Shown here: piece after piece, positions 43,069 through 53,270 of the stretch
Layout: every line of letters begins with the position of its first letter
How positions within the stretch are numbered: position 1 is the first letter of the stretch
Assembly: GCA_965205275.1 (NCBI GenBank)
Contig: OZ242168.1
Span: 1,278,355 to 1,342,354 of the forward strand
Direction: 5' to 3'
Source of the DNA: Gammaproteobacteria bacterium
GTDB lineage: Bacteria > Pseudomonadota > Gammaproteobacteria > UBA4575
DNA: 64,000 bases
Position numbers and translations under genes: made by a program
Notes under the pieces: generated by a model
What the model saw: the letters and a program-made list of their open reading frames with translations, nothing else
Told to the model about the DNA's origin: nothing
Databases searched by the model: none

Positions 43069-44766
43069 ATGGCCATGAGCATAAGGAATGAAGCCCTTGC
43101 ACAACCGGGTTTTATCCAGAGGTCCTGGCAACAGAAAAGTAATCTGGGCTGGTTATTATGTACAGTATGCGCGGCATTATTGCTGAGCGTTCCCATAGTC
43201 ACGGTACTGTATTCGATCGTATTGCCCAGGAGTGAGGTCTGGTTACACCTTCGGTCTACCGTTCTCTCTGACTACCTATTCAATTCTTTTGTGCTGGCAT
43301 CAGGTGTCTGCCTCGGTACATCTCTTATCGGAATCACTACCGCCTGGTTGTGCAGTGTCTGCAACTTCCCGGGTCGAAAGATATTCAGTTGGGCATTGCT
43401 TTTGCCGCTCGCATTTCCACCCTACATCATTGCCTACACCTATACAGGCATGCTTGATTTCGCGGGTCCGGTACAGACTTTAATGCGCAATCTTTTCAAC
43501 TGGGGATACGGTGATTACTGGTTTCCGGAGATCCGCTCCATTACCGGGGCAATCGTTATGATTTCCCTAGTGTTATACCCCTATGTTTATTTACTCATGA
43601 GAACCGCTTTTTCCGAGCAATCTGTCAGTTTTCGTGAGGCAAGTCATGTATTTGGTGTGGGGTCATACAAAACTTTCTTTACGATTACCCTGCCTTTGGC
43701 ACGACCCGCCATCGCTGCAGGATTGACTCTGGTCGTCATGGAAACACTTGCTGACTATGGAACTGTTCACTACTTTGGCGTGACAACCTTCACCACGGGT
43801 ATTTTCCGCACCTGGTTCGGACTGGGCGATCGAATTGCCGCCACGCAACTGGCCAGTATCCTGCTGCTTTGTGTTTTCGCCGTGATCCTGGCAGAACGCT
43901 ACTCAAGGAAAACGGTGCGCTATCAAAATCCTACAAGAACACAAAAAAACTGGCACTACCCATTATCGGGAACCAAAGCCATCCTGGCGGCAGGCATCTG
44001 CTGCTTACCTATCTTGCTCGGGTTCATAGTCCCCACATTTCAATTGGGCGTATGGGCTGTGCAAACCGCACCCGAAATGATCAATTTGTCTTTCCTTGCA
44101 TTGACTTTCAATACTGTGCTGCTCGCTGTCATAGTGACCCTGATTATCCTGGCAACGGCCACTTTACTGGCTTATGGCAAACGTGTCGGTACACACTTTT
44201 TTATCCCGTACACCGTAAACATAAGTGCAACAGGCTATGCAGTGCCCGGGATTATTATTGCAGTAGGTGTACTGCTGCCATTCGCATGGCTGGATAACGC
44301 TCTTGACACCTGGGTACAACAAAAATTCGGGTTTTCCTCCGGCCTGATTCTGACCGGCACTTTAGCTTCCCTGGTCTTTGCCCATGTTGTACGTTTTATG
44401 GCAATCGGGCTTAACTCGGTTGATGCCAGTCTGGCAAAAATTCACCGCAGCATTGATGATGCCGCGCAGTTACTGGGACACAAGACCTTTGACCGCTTTG
44501 CCAATATCCATTTTCCGATGATCCGAAGCGGCATACTCACTGCTGCATTGCTCGTGTTCGTCGAAGTAACAAAAGAACTGCCGGCCACCCTGGTGTTACG
44601 CCCGTTTAACTTCAATACCCTTGCCGTACGTACTTATGAACTTGCTTCCGATGAACGTCTGGCGGATGCGGCATGCAGCGCATTATTGATTGTAGCCATC
44701 AGCATCTTGCCAATCTTGATATTGAATCGCTCAATTGCAAAAAGCGGAGCCACACATGGCGCCTAG
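43069..44766 (+). CDS. Fe(3+) ABC transporter permease (duplicated BPD domain)
   Basis: 565 aa with about 12 TM segments and two EAA-like loops (FREASHVFGVGSYKTFFTITLPLARP and IDDAAQLLGHKTFDRFANIHFPMIRS). Confidence 0.88.
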   Translation: MAMSIRNEALAQPGFIQRSWQQKSNLGWLLCTVCAALLLSVPIVTVLYSIVLPRSEVWLHLRSTVLSDYLFNSFVLASGVCLGTSLIGITTAWLCSVCNFPGRKIFSWALLLPLAFPPYIIAYTYTGMLDFAGPVQTLMRNLFNWGYGDYWFPEIRSITGAIVMISLVLYPYVYLLMRTAFSEQSVSFREASHVFGVGSYKTFFTITLPLARPAIAAGLTLVVMETLADYGTVHYFGVTTFTTGIFRTWFGLGDRIAATQLASILLLCVFAVILAERYSRKTVRYQNPTRTQKNWHYPLSGTKAILAAGICCLPILLGFIVPTFQLGVWAVQTAPEMINLSFLALTFNTVLLAVIVTLIILATATLLAYGKRVGTHFFIPYTVNISATGYAVPGIIIAVGVLLPFAWLDNALDTWVQQKFGFSSGLILTGTLASLVFAHVVRFMAIGLNSVDASLAKIHRSIDDAAQLLGHKTFDRFANIHFPMIRSGILTAALLVFVEVTKELPATLVLRPFNFNTLAVRTYELASDERLADAACSALLIVAISILPILILNRSIAKSGATHGA

Positions 44767-45829
44767 GCTTGATGTGCGCAACGTTAGCGTAAAATTGCAA
44801 AACAAAAGCATTGTACAAAATGCTTCCCTGCGACTGGAAACGGGCTGCATTGCCTCCATTTTAGGTCCAAGTGGCTGCGGCAAGACTACATTGCTACGCG
44901 CACTTGCAGGATTTCAGCCTATTTCCAGTGGCGAAATTCATGTGCACGAAAAACTGTTCAGCAAAATACAATTCACACTGGCTCCGGAAAAGCGACGCAT
45001 CAGCATGATGTTCCAGGACCTGGCGCTGTTCCCGCATCTTACCGTCAGGCAAAACATTTGTTTTGGTCTTAAATCGCTGAGCAACCGCGATAAGCGTACC
45101 CGCACTCGTCAGGTTCTCGAGCTGACAGAACTTGACCACCAGGGAGAAAAATACCCGCACCAGTTGTCATCCGGACAACAACAGCGTGTCGCGTTGGCAC
45201 GTGCCCTGGCACCAAAACCCGAAATCCTTTTGCTGGACGAGCCCTTCTCAAGTCTTGACCCTGACTTGCGTGAACAGGTTGCAACAGGAGTACGTAACAT
45301 CCTCAAACATGAAAAAGTAACCGCGATACTTGTTACTCATGATCAACACGAAGCCTTTGCCATGGCCGATGAGATTGGTGTCATGGTGGATGGCAGGGTG
45401 GAACAATGGGGCAGTGCCTACAATATATACCACAAGCCCAAAACACGCTTCGTCGCTGACTTTGTAGGCCTGGGAAGCATGGTACCGGCAAAAGTGCTTG
45501 ATGCCTGCACACTCGACACTGAATTTGGTCAGATCAGGGGTGATTTTGATCCGGCTTTTACATCCGGCCAGAAAGTTGATTTGCTGGTCCGGCCTGATGA
45601 CATTCCCCATGATGACAGCAGTCCCATCACTGCGCTGGTGGAAGAAAAACGCTTTCGTGGGGCCGAGTTCCTGTACAAGCTTCGCCTGCGAAGCGGTAAT
45701 TTCGTTCTTTGCTATGCCCCCAGTCATCATAATCACCAAATTGGAGAACCCATAGGTATAAAGCTGGATCTTGAGCATCTGGTAGTCTTTGCGCACAAGC
45801 AGTCGATACCGTTTGGCAACCGGCATTAA
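44756..45829 (+). CDS. Fe(3+) ABC transporter ATP-binding protein
   Basis: Walker A GPSGCGKTT, signature LSSGQQQRVALARAL, Walker B LLLDEPFS. ATG 44756 overlaps the permease stop by 11 nt. Confidence 0.9.
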   Translation: MAPRLDVRNVSVKLQNKSIVQNASLRLETGCIASILGPSGCGKTTLLRALAGFQPISSGEIHVHEKLFSKIQFTLAPEKRRISMMFQDLALFPHLTVRQNICFGLKSLSNRDKRTRTRQVLELTELDHQGEKYPHQLSSGQQQRVALARALAPKPEILLLDEPFSSLDPDLREQVATGVRNILKHEKVTAILVTHDQHEAFAMADEIGVMVDGRVEQWGSAYNIYHKPKTRFVADFVGLGSMVPAKVLDACTLDTEFGQIRGDFDPAFTSGQKVDLLVRPDDIPHDDSSPITALVEEKRFRGAEFLYKLRLRSGNFVLCYAPSHHNHQIGEPIGIKLDLEHLVVFAHKQSIPFGNRH

Positions 45830-46046
45830 AAAAGCTCACCTGAACAACCCTTCCTGCAGGCGGGCAGGCACAGTCCTGTAGATCAGCATGCAATCGACTC
45901 TATACGCAAAATTTTGCAATCCAGACACATAACAGATATAAAAAGCCGTCTGGAAACTACATGCCCAGAATAATAATCGAGTTGATATATGAAATTCCTT
46001 TCCTTTACACCATGCGCCTAATGATCATTCACAGCCGGTAACCGAC

Positions 46047-47729
46047 TTGGCCAGCCATAAGCAGACACAAAACTATTCCTCTTCCATCGTCGACGGGGTT
46101 GAACGTGCACCCAGTCGTGCCATGTTACGGGCTGTCGGTTTCAAGGATGACGATTTTACAAAGACCCAGATTGGTATCGCATCGACCTGGAGCATGGTCA
46201 CCCCATGCAACATGCATATTGACACACTTGCCAATGAGGCAGCCAAAGGTGCTAATCAGGCTGGTGGGAAAGCTGTTATATTCAATACCATCACAGTTTC
46301 TGACGGCATTTCCATGGGCACCGAGGGCATGAAGTATTCTCTGGTCTCACGAGAAGTCATTGCCGACTCCATTGAAACTGTAGTGGGCTGTGAAGGATTT
46401 GATGGTGTGGTAGCCATCGGCGGCTGTGACAAAAACATGCCCGGATGCCTGATCGCGATGGCACGCCTCAACCGCCCATCGATATTCGTCTATGGTGGCA
46501 CCATCATGCCAGGCCGGTATAAAAATACAAATGTGGATGTAGTATCGGTATTTGAAGCAGTGGGGCAACATGCCAGGCACCAATTGTCAGATCACGAACT
46601 TAAGCAGATTGAATTATCTGCCATACCGGGCCCGGGATCTTGTGGTGGCATGTATACGGCAAACACGATGGCTTGCGCCATTGAGGCACTGGGTATGAGT
46701 CTGCCGAACAGTTCAGCACAAAATGCAATCTCGCAAGACAAGCAGCAGGATTGTATTGCCGCAGGTGAAGCGGTCATGAACCTGGTGAGAAAAAATATTT
46801 GTCCCAAAAACATCATGACAAGAAAGGCATTCCTGAATGCAATCACTGTGGTGACTGCATTGGGTGGGTCAACCAATGCAGTGCTACACCTGCTTGCAAT
46901 GGCACATGCCGCAGGTGTGAAACTAACTCTGGATGACTTTACACGTGTCGGCAAAAAAGTGCCTGTGCTTGCTGATTTGCGGCCCAGTGGCCGATACATG
47001 ATGTCAGAGTTGATTGAAATCGGTGGTATCCAGCCCCTGATGCGCATGCTGTTAGACAAGGGCCTGCTGCAGGGAGACTGTCTTACGGTTACAGGCAAAA
47101 CACTGAAGCAAAATCTGCGTGGCGTAAAACCCTATCCGAAATCCCAGGATATTGTACGAAATTTGACTAACCCGATTAAAAAAGATGGTCACCTGGTGAT
47201 CCTGTATGGAAATCTTGCACCTGAAGGTGCAGTGGCGAAAATTTCTGGTAAAGAGGGCCTATGCTTCACAGGCAAGGCACGTGTCTTCCCTTCGGAAGAG
47301 AAGGCATTGTCAAAAATACTGGATGGTGGAGTCAGGAAAGGCGACGTCGTGGTCATACGTTATGAGGGTCCGAAAGGGGGCCCCGGTATGCGCGAGATGC
47401 TGTCCCCTACTGCCGCCATAATGGGTAAAGGGCTAGGCAAGAATGTCGCCCTGATTACTGATGGCCGCTTCTCGGGCGGCAGTCATGGCTTTGTGGTCGG
47501 CCACATCACCCCGGAAGCTGCAACGGGGGGGCCTCTGGCACTGTTGAAAAATGGCGATCAAATCACCATTGATGCTCAAAAGCGCGAAATCAACGTCAAG
47601 CTGTCCAAAAAAGAACTCGCGCAAAGAAAAAAGGGCTGGCGTCCTCCGAAACCCCGTTATACAAGGGGCGTATTGGCCAAATATGCGCAACAGGTGCGCT
47701 CGGCGTCAAATGGGGCTATCACTGACTAG
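46047..47729 (+). CDS. ilvD: Dihydroxy-acid dehydratase
   Basis: Motifs [21 protein letters not shown] and [11 protein letters not shown]. It appears to start at TTG 46047; no in-frame ATG lies upstream. Confidence 0.94.
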   Translation: MASHKQTQNYSSSIVDGVERAPSRAMLRAVGFKDDDFTKTQIGIASTWSMVTPCNMHIDTLANEAAKGANQAGGKAVIFNTITVSDGISMGTEGMKYSLVSREVIADSIETVVGCEGFDGVVAIGGCDKNMPGCLIAMARLNRPSIFVYGGTIMPGRYKNTNVDVVSVFEAVGQHARHQLSDHELKQIELSAIPGPGSCGGMYTANTMACAIEALGMSLPNSSAQNAISQDKQQDCIAAGEAVMNLVRKNICPKNIMTRKAFLNAITVVTALGGSTNAVLHLLAMAHAAGVKLTLDDFTRVGKKVPVLADLRPSGRYMMSELIEIGGIQPLMRMLLDKGLLQGDCLTVTGKTLKQNLRGVKPYPKSQDIVRNLTNPIKKDGHLVILYGNLAPEGAVAKISGKEGLCFTGKARVFPSEEKALSKILDGGVRKGDVVVIRYEGPKGGPGMREMLSPTAAIMGKGLGKNVALITDGRFSGGSHGFVVGHITPEAATGGPLALLKNGDQITIDAQKREINVKLSKKELAQRKKGWRPPKPRYTRGVLAKYAQQVRSASNGAITD

Positions 47730-47828
47730 GAATCCTGAATTGTCAGACATGCAGTAAATCCTTTAGGATTGCCTTGTCGATTACACATCATGTACCAAGT
47801 ATTATGAAACTATTTTCCAGGAGTTGCG

Positions 47829-48467
47829 ATGGCCACATTACTATCCCCCGAAGAACTTGAAGCCGTAATGGAACGCAAAAATGCGATGCGTCGTGAAGCC
47901 TATGACCGTCGTAATGCACAAGAAAATAAAGATGAAATCAGTACAGGGGCCTGCCAGAAATTCATGGGCCTGCCAGAATACCAGCGTGCAAAAATAGCCA
48001 TGTGGTACATTGACTGTCGCTCCGAGACCCGCACTAAAACACAATTGCTGGAAGAAGTTGCCCGAGGCGAAAAGAAAATAATCGTGCCCTACTGTACTGA
48101 AGACGAGAATGGTGAAAACAAACTGGGCCTGTGGTGGATGGAAAGTCTGGAAGAAATGGTCGTAGGTAAGTGGAATATTCTGGAACCGCCCAAGGAAATG
48201 TGGGGAAACCCTGAAAAGGAGGTGGAGCCGGAAGACCTGGACATCATTATGGTACCGGGCGTGGGTTTTGACAGAAAAGGAGGCCGGATGGGAAATGGAC
48301 AGGGCTACTATGACCGCCTGCTCGAAAAAGCCCGCCCGGATTGCCCACTGGTCGCACTGTGTTATGAATCACAGCTGTTCGATGAGATCCTAGTAGCACC
48401 TCATGATGTTTACATGGACAAGGTTATCACTGAGGATGTGGTCTACGAAGGTATCGGGCGGGGTTAG
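47829..48467 (+). CDS. 5-formyltetrahydrofolate cyclo-ligase-family protein
   Basis: Family motifs DIIMVPGVGFDRKGGRMGNGQGYYDR and CYESQL...PHD, 212 aa. Its stop lies 2 nt before the next start. Confidence 0.8.
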   Translation: MATLLSPEELEAVMERKNAMRREAYDRRNAQENKDEISTGACQKFMGLPEYQRAKIAMWYIDCRSETRTKTQLLEEVARGEKKIIVPYCTEDENGENKLGLWWMESLEEMVVGKWNILEPPKEMWGNPEKEVEPEDLDIIMVPGVGFDRKGGRMGNGQGYYDRLLEKARPDCPLVALCYESQLFDEILVAPHDVYMDKVITEDVVYEGIGRG

Positions 48468-48469
48468 CC

Positions 48470-49387
48470 ATGGCAGCAAAAATCGATGATACCTACGCAG
48501 AAGCATTCAGAAGTCTGTACACTGAATTCCTGATTACTGCACGCGATCGAAGATGGCTGGATCATGCCGTTCATGCCGCTACCGGCAATGCCTCAAGCTC
48601 CATATTATGTGACTGCGAGGCGGGTATGGACCGTTATGTGGGGCCTGGTGGCGATGAGAGTTTTGCTACCCCGGATGGTCGTCCGGGTGCCATTGTGCAA
48701 CTGCATATCCCGCGTTTTCGTAAAGATCGGGTCAAGGCCCTGGAACGTTCGGCGCTGGTGCGAATCAGCCAGAATGTGCTCACTTGCCCGACGGCTGCAT
48801 GCTTTAATCTGGTCGATTCAGAAGACTACTACCATATGGGCCGCAAGGTGGCCTACTTTGGCAACGGTCACCAAAAACGTATTGAACGTTTTGGACGTAA
48901 AATGTGGTGGATACCGATCCTGGGAGGCGAGTTTGTCCTGGACCGTCGACTTGGGTACGCGGACGGCCTGATGGGAGGCAATTTATGGTTTTTTGGAGAC
49001 AGCACAGACTCAGCACTCGAGGCGGCTGAAAAAGGGGTGGAGGCCATTCGGCCCATACCTGGCGTTATCACTACTTTCCCAGGTGGAATAGCAAGCAGCG
49101 GCTCCAAGGCCGGCAGCGATTATGATTTCACCATTGCCAGCACGTATGAGAAATTCTGCCCGTTGTTACAGGATGACCCGGATATCGAGGCAGGCTTGCC
49201 GCAAGGCGTACATTCAGTAATGGAAATTATAATGAATGGTCAAGGCATGCCGCCAATTATTGATGCCACGCAGGCTGCAATCAAGGCCTCTGTAAACACA
49301 CCGGGATTGGTCATGATCTCCGCCGGCAACTACGGCGGACGCCTGGGCAAAAGCTTTATTTTCTTGCACCCCGAAAAACAGATCTGA
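48470..49387 (+). CDS. Formylmethanofuran:tetrahydromethanopterin N-formyltransferase (Ftr/FhcD) homologue, stand-alone
   Basis: The N-terminus IDDTYAEAF...LITA, ATGNASS..LCDCEAG and TPDGRPG match the Ftr family as I recall it. The 305-aa length is typical of Ftr/FhcD. No fhcA/B/C genes are adjacent. Confidence 0.75.
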   Translation: MAAKIDDTYAEAFRSLYTEFLITARDRRWLDHAVHAATGNASSSILCDCEAGMDRYVGPGGDESFATPDGRPGAIVQLHIPRFRKDRVKALERSALVRISQNVLTCPTAACFNLVDSEDYYHMGRKVAYFGNGHQKRIERFGRKMWWIPILGGEFVLDRRLGYADGLMGGNLWFFGDSTDSALEAAEKGVEAIRPIPGVITTFPGGIASSGSKAGSDYDFTIASTYEKFCPLLQDDPDIEAGLPQGVHSVMEIIMNGQGMPPIIDATQAAIKASVNTPGLVMISAGNYGGRLGKSFIFLHPEKQI

Positions 49388-49654
49388 TGATCGCACGGGA
49401 ATTCACTTATAGGCCCATGGGCAAAATAACCAGAGATTCCAGTTTTATCCTCATGTACCCCTATTGATTTCAGATCACCCAGAATATAGCCCGTCGTGAT
49501 TGCCCAAACTGCTTGAGTCAAGCATAGTGCTTGTGGCATGATGCGGGGTTTTTCGTACAGTGACTATCTGTCCGCATAAACAGCTGCTCTAACTGCAGGA
49601 ACAACAATCGAGGCGCGTTCGTTTTACTAAACACCAAAACAAGGATTCTTAATC

Positions 49655-50923
49655 ATGCCTAGCGAAAAATTATCATTTCCTGGAAGAAATTACTTATTTG
49701 CACCAGGCCCGACTCATATACCCCAGGCTGTGCAAAATGCCATGATCGTCCCACAAGAGGATCACCGGGCGCCTGACTTTCCAGAACTCGTCAAACCCCT
49801 GCTCCGTGACTGCAAAAAAATATTCAAAACTACCCGAGGTACATGCTTTCTGTTTCCTGCTACAGGGACCGCGGGCTGGGAAGTGGCGCTGGCCAATACC
49901 TTGTCACCCGGAGACAAAATCCTGACCACACGCTTCGGTCAGTTCAGTCACCTGTGGTATGACCTTGCATGCCGAATTGGCCTGGAGGTCGAACTGGTTG
50001 AAACCCCTTGGGGAGAAGGTGTCCCGATAAGTAAATTCAGACGCATCCTGGCTGCGGACAAGGAGCACCGGATCAAGGCGATAGTGGTTTGTCATAACGA
50101 AACTGCAACGGGCGTGGCCAGCGATATAGGCGGATTGCGCCAAGCGATAAACGCCGTTAAACACCCAGCTCTGCTTATGGTAGATGGGGTAAGCTCGATT
50201 GCAAGTATTGATTTTCGCATGGATCAATGGGGGGTAGATGTGGCCGTAAGTGGATCGCAAAAAGGATTCATGCTGCCAGCAGGCATGGCCATCGTCGCTT
50301 TCAGTCCGAAGGCGTTGAAGGCACGCAAAAAAGCCCGATGCGCACGCTGTTTCCTGGATATTCAGGATCATATCAATACCAACAAAGACGGCTTTTTTCC
50401 CTATACCCCCTCGGTACCTATGCTGCGTGGCCTGCGTGCTTCAATAGACCTGCTCATGGATGAAGGTCTGGAGAACGTATTCAAGCGCCACCATCGACTG
50501 GCCGAGGGCGTACGTAAAGCGGTCAGGGCCTGGGGGCTAAAGCCTTGTGCAAAATCACCCAAGTGGTATTCCGATACTGTAACTGCAATAGAGGTGCCCC
50601 CGAATATCAATGCAGCAGAAGTGATCCATATTGCCTATCATCGCTACAATGTATCGTTGGGCGCAGGCCTGTCCAAAGTTGCCGGTAAGGTATTCCGGAT
50701 CGGACATCTAGGGGACAATAACGAAGCGCGAATGATGGCGGTTCTGGGCACTGCAGAAATGGCAATGCGGGATGCGGGCATGCGTGTGAAACCTGGCAGC
50801 GGAGTTGCAGCAGCAGGTGAGTACTATCGAAAAACTGCAAAAACGATCAAAAAGTTCGGCCCAACCAGCACTCCTCGCAAGGCAAGAACTGCAGTTAAAA
50901 AGAAAAAACCCATAAAGAAATAA
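49655..50923 (+). CDS. sga: Serine-glyoxylate aminotransferase (class V aminotransferase)
   Basis: PLP-lysine motif SGSQKGFMLPAG, N-terminus LFAPGPTHIPQAV, and serine-cycle gene context. It carries an unusual roughly 30-aa polybasic C-terminal tail. Confidence 0.85.
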   Translation: MPSEKLSFPGRNYLFAPGPTHIPQAVQNAMIVPQEDHRAPDFPELVKPLLRDCKKIFKTTRGTCFLFPATGTAGWEVALANTLSPGDKILTTRFGQFSHLWYDLACRIGLEVELVETPWGEGVPISKFRRILAADKEHRIKAIVVCHNETATGVASDIGGLRQAINAVKHPALLMVDGVSSIASIDFRMDQWGVDVAVSGSQKGFMLPAGMAIVAFSPKALKARKKARCARCFLDIQDHINTNKDGFFPYTPSVPMLRGLRASIDLLMDEGLENVFKRHHRLAEGVRKAVRAWGLKPCAKSPKWYSDTVTAIEVPPNINAAEVIHIAYHRYNVSLGAGLSKVAGKVFRIGHLGDNNEARMMAVLGTAEMAMRDAGMRVKPGSGVAAAGEYYRKTAKTIKKFGPTSTPRKARTAVKKKKPIKK

Positions 50924-50941
50924 ACCATAAGGACCTGAAAA

Positions 50942-51883
50942 ATGAGCTTTACTCAATACAAACCTGCACAGCAACGTTTACAACGCTGTGAACTGGCTGT
51001 ACCCGGATCCAATCCCAGAATGCTAGAAAAAGCAGTTACCTGTGCGGCAGATTATGTGTTTCTTGATCTGGAAGATGCCGTGGCACCCGATGACAAGGTG
51101 CAGGCGCGCAAAAATGTAATTGCTGCGCTAAACGAACACGACTGGAAAGGCCATGGAAAAACCGTTTCTGTACGCATTAACGGGTTGGATACCCACTACA
51201 TGTATCGTGACGTAGTGGATGTGGTAGAACAGGCGGGCAGTAAACTTGATACCCTCCTCATTCCAAAAGTGGGCACCACCGGTGATGTGTACATGGTGGA
51301 TGCCATGGTGACCCAGATTGAAGAAGCCAAAGGGTTCGAAAACAGAATTGGTCTTGAAGCCCTGATTGAGACGGCTTTGGGGATGACAAATGTGGAAGCC
51401 ATTGCTACCTCCAGTGCCCGTATGGAAGCCATGCACTTTGGAGTAGCCGATTATGCTGCGAGTAATCGTGCCCGCACCGTCAACATTGGTGGCTTGAATC
51501 CGGATTATCCAGGCGATCAGTGGCATGCTGCTATTTCGCGCATGACCGCTGCATGCCGAGCCTATGGATTGCGCCCGATCGATGGCCCGTTCGGTGACTT
51601 TGACGATCCCGATGGATACCGGTTGGCAGCGCGCCGTGCTGCAGCTTTGGGATGCGAGGGCAAATGGGCAATTCATCCCAAGCAGATTGAGCTGGCAAAC
51701 GAGGTTTTTACACCACCCGAAGCTGAAACCACCAAGGCCAAAAGAATTCTTGAAGAACTGGAAAAGGCCGCCAAGGAGGGTAAAGGGGCTGCCTCACTGG
51801 ATGGTAAAATGATCGATGCTGCTTCAGCACGCATGGCTGAAAATATTGTACGTGCTGCCGAGGCAATTGCCGCCAAGTCTTGA
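50942..51883 (+). CDS. mclA: Malyl-CoA lyase
   Basis: Long near-identical stretches to Methylobacterium extorquens MclA as I recall it: ELAVPGSNP, FLDLEDAVAPDDK, RINGLDTHYMYRDVVD, GLRPIDGPFGDFDDPDGY, GKWAIHPKQIELANEVFTP. Confidence 0.92.
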   Translation: MSFTQYKPAQQRLQRCELAVPGSNPRMLEKAVTCAADYVFLDLEDAVAPDDKVQARKNVIAALNEHDWKGHGKTVSVRINGLDTHYMYRDVVDVVEQAGSKLDTLLIPKVGTTGDVYMVDAMVTQIEEAKGFENRIGLEALIETALGMTNVEAIATSSARMEAMHFGVADYAASNRARTVNIGGLNPDYPGDQWHAAISRMTAACRAYGLRPIDGPFGDFDDPDGYRLAARRAAALGCEGKWAIHPKQIELANEVFTPPEAETTKAKRILEELEKAAKEGKGAASLDGKMIDAASARMAENIVRAAEAIAAKS

Positions 51884-52066
51884 AAACTCGTGTAGTATTT
51901 GGCTGCTACCTGCTCCAGACCCTGGCTGTTTTGCTTAAATTTCAGGCAACTATCCAACAATGGGATTTGTTGAAGAATCGCTGAATAGGCTATAAACAGT
52001 ATCGGATCAGATACAGTTGCCTTCGACTGACACGACAGGGAAACGAATCATTATTCTCGGGAGGGA

Positions 52067-53251
52067 ATGCAAGTGGATATTCATGAATATCAAGCTAAAG
52101 AATTGTTATCAGAATTTGGTGTAGGTATTTCGCCAGGCGGGCTCGCATACAGCCCTGAGCAGGCCATCTACCGTGCCAAGGAAATTGGTGGCCACCAATG
52201 GGTGGTCAAGGCGCAGATCCATTCTGGTGCGCGTGGCAAGGCCGGCGGAATTAAAGTTTGCTCAAATGATGAAGAAATATGGAATGCAGCTGAAGAATTA
52301 CTCGGTAAACGTCTGGTCACCCACCAGACCGGGCCGGGCGGGAAAGTAGTGTATCGCCTCTATATCGAACAGGTTTCAGATATTGAACGCGAAATTTATC
52401 TCGCTTTGGTGCTGGATCGAAACAAACAGCGAGTAGTCATTATCACGTCCTCCGAAGGGGGCATGGATATAGAAGAAGTGGCTGCCACAAAACCGGAGTC
52501 CATACACAGGCTGGAAGTTGAACCTGCAGTGGGTTTGCGAGACTTCCAGGCACGTGAGCTTGCTTTTGCACTCAATATCCACCCCGAATTGGTCAGCCAG
52601 GCAGTCCATTGTATCGAAGGGGCCTACCGCGCCTTTCGCGACCTTGACGCCACCTTGGTAGAAATCAACCCTCTGGTGATTACCAAGGACAATCATGTCG
52701 TGGCCCTGGATTCCAAAATGAGCTTTGATGACAATGCTCTGTTTCGACGACCAAAGATCTCTGAACTGCGCGACAAATCCCAGGAAGACTCACGTGAGAC
52801 CGCTGCTTCAGACCGGGGCCTGAGTTATGTGGGCCTGGATGGAGATATAGGCTGCATGATCAACGGTGCGGGGCTGGCAATGGCTACCATGGATATGATC
52901 AAACACAAAGGTGGTGAACCTGCTAACTTTCTGGATATTGGGGGTGGGGCTTCTCCAGACCGTGTCACTAAAGCATTCAAACTGGTACTGGATGATGAAA
53001 ATGTCAAGGCAATGCTGGTCAATATTTTTGCAGGCATCAACCGTTGCGACTGGATTGCTGAAGGCGTAATACAGGCGTTTGGCAAACTGGAGGTAAAAAC
53101 CCCCATCATAGTACGTCTCTCTGGAACAAATGTAGAAAAAGGCATGCAAATGCTCAAAGACAGTGGCTACCCGGTGATTACTGCAGATACGTTATCTGAA
53201 GCTGCAGAAAAAGTTGTAGCCGAGCGCAACCGCGCCGTCCAAGCCACATAA
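52067..53251 (+). CDS. mtkA: Malate-CoA ligase (malate thiokinase) beta subunit
   Basis: ATP-grasp SucC-like protein with (M)[11 protein letters not shown], placed directly between mclA and an SucD-like subunit. The start is more likely GTG 52073, since the SD GGGAGGG ends at about 52065. Confidence 0.88.
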   Translation: MQVDIHEYQAKELLSEFGVGISPGGLAYSPEQAIYRAKEIGGHQWVVKAQIHSGARGKAGGIKVCSNDEEIWNAAEELLGKRLVTHQTGPGGKVVYRLYIEQVSDIEREIYLALVLDRNKQRVVIITSSEGGMDIEEVAATKPESIHRLEVEPAVGLRDFQARELAFALNIHPELVSQAVHCIEGAYRAFRDLDATLVEINPLVITKDNHVVALDSKMSFDDNALFRRPKISELRDKSQEDSRETAASDRGLSYVGLDGDIGCMINGAGLAMATMDMIKHKGGEPANFLDIGGGASPDRVTKAFKLVLDDENVKAMLVNIFAGINRCDWIAEGVIQAFGKLEVKTPIIVRLSGTNVEKGMQMLKDSGYPVITADTLSEAAEKVVAERNRAVQAT

Positions 53252-53270
53252 AGATTTAGGAGAGACACAC

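Noticed and set aside
45248-45826. 192-aa minus-strand ORF
   Set aside because: It is entirely antisense to the well-supported ABC ATPase gene (Walker A/B and signature motifs on the plus strand), and its composition is atypical.
45830-46046. Possible ilv-type leader peptide upstream of ilvD (mini-[13 protein letters not shown])
   Set aside because: The mini-ORF has no run of Ile/Leu/Val codons, and I could not see an associated terminator/antiterminator pair.
46592-47098. 168-aa minus-strand ORF
   Set aside because: It is antisense to ilvD (CDKNMPG and other dehydratase motifs on the plus strand).
51128-51676. 182-aa minus-strand ORF
   Set aside because: It is antisense to mclA, whose product is almost identical to known malyl-CoA lyase over long stretches.
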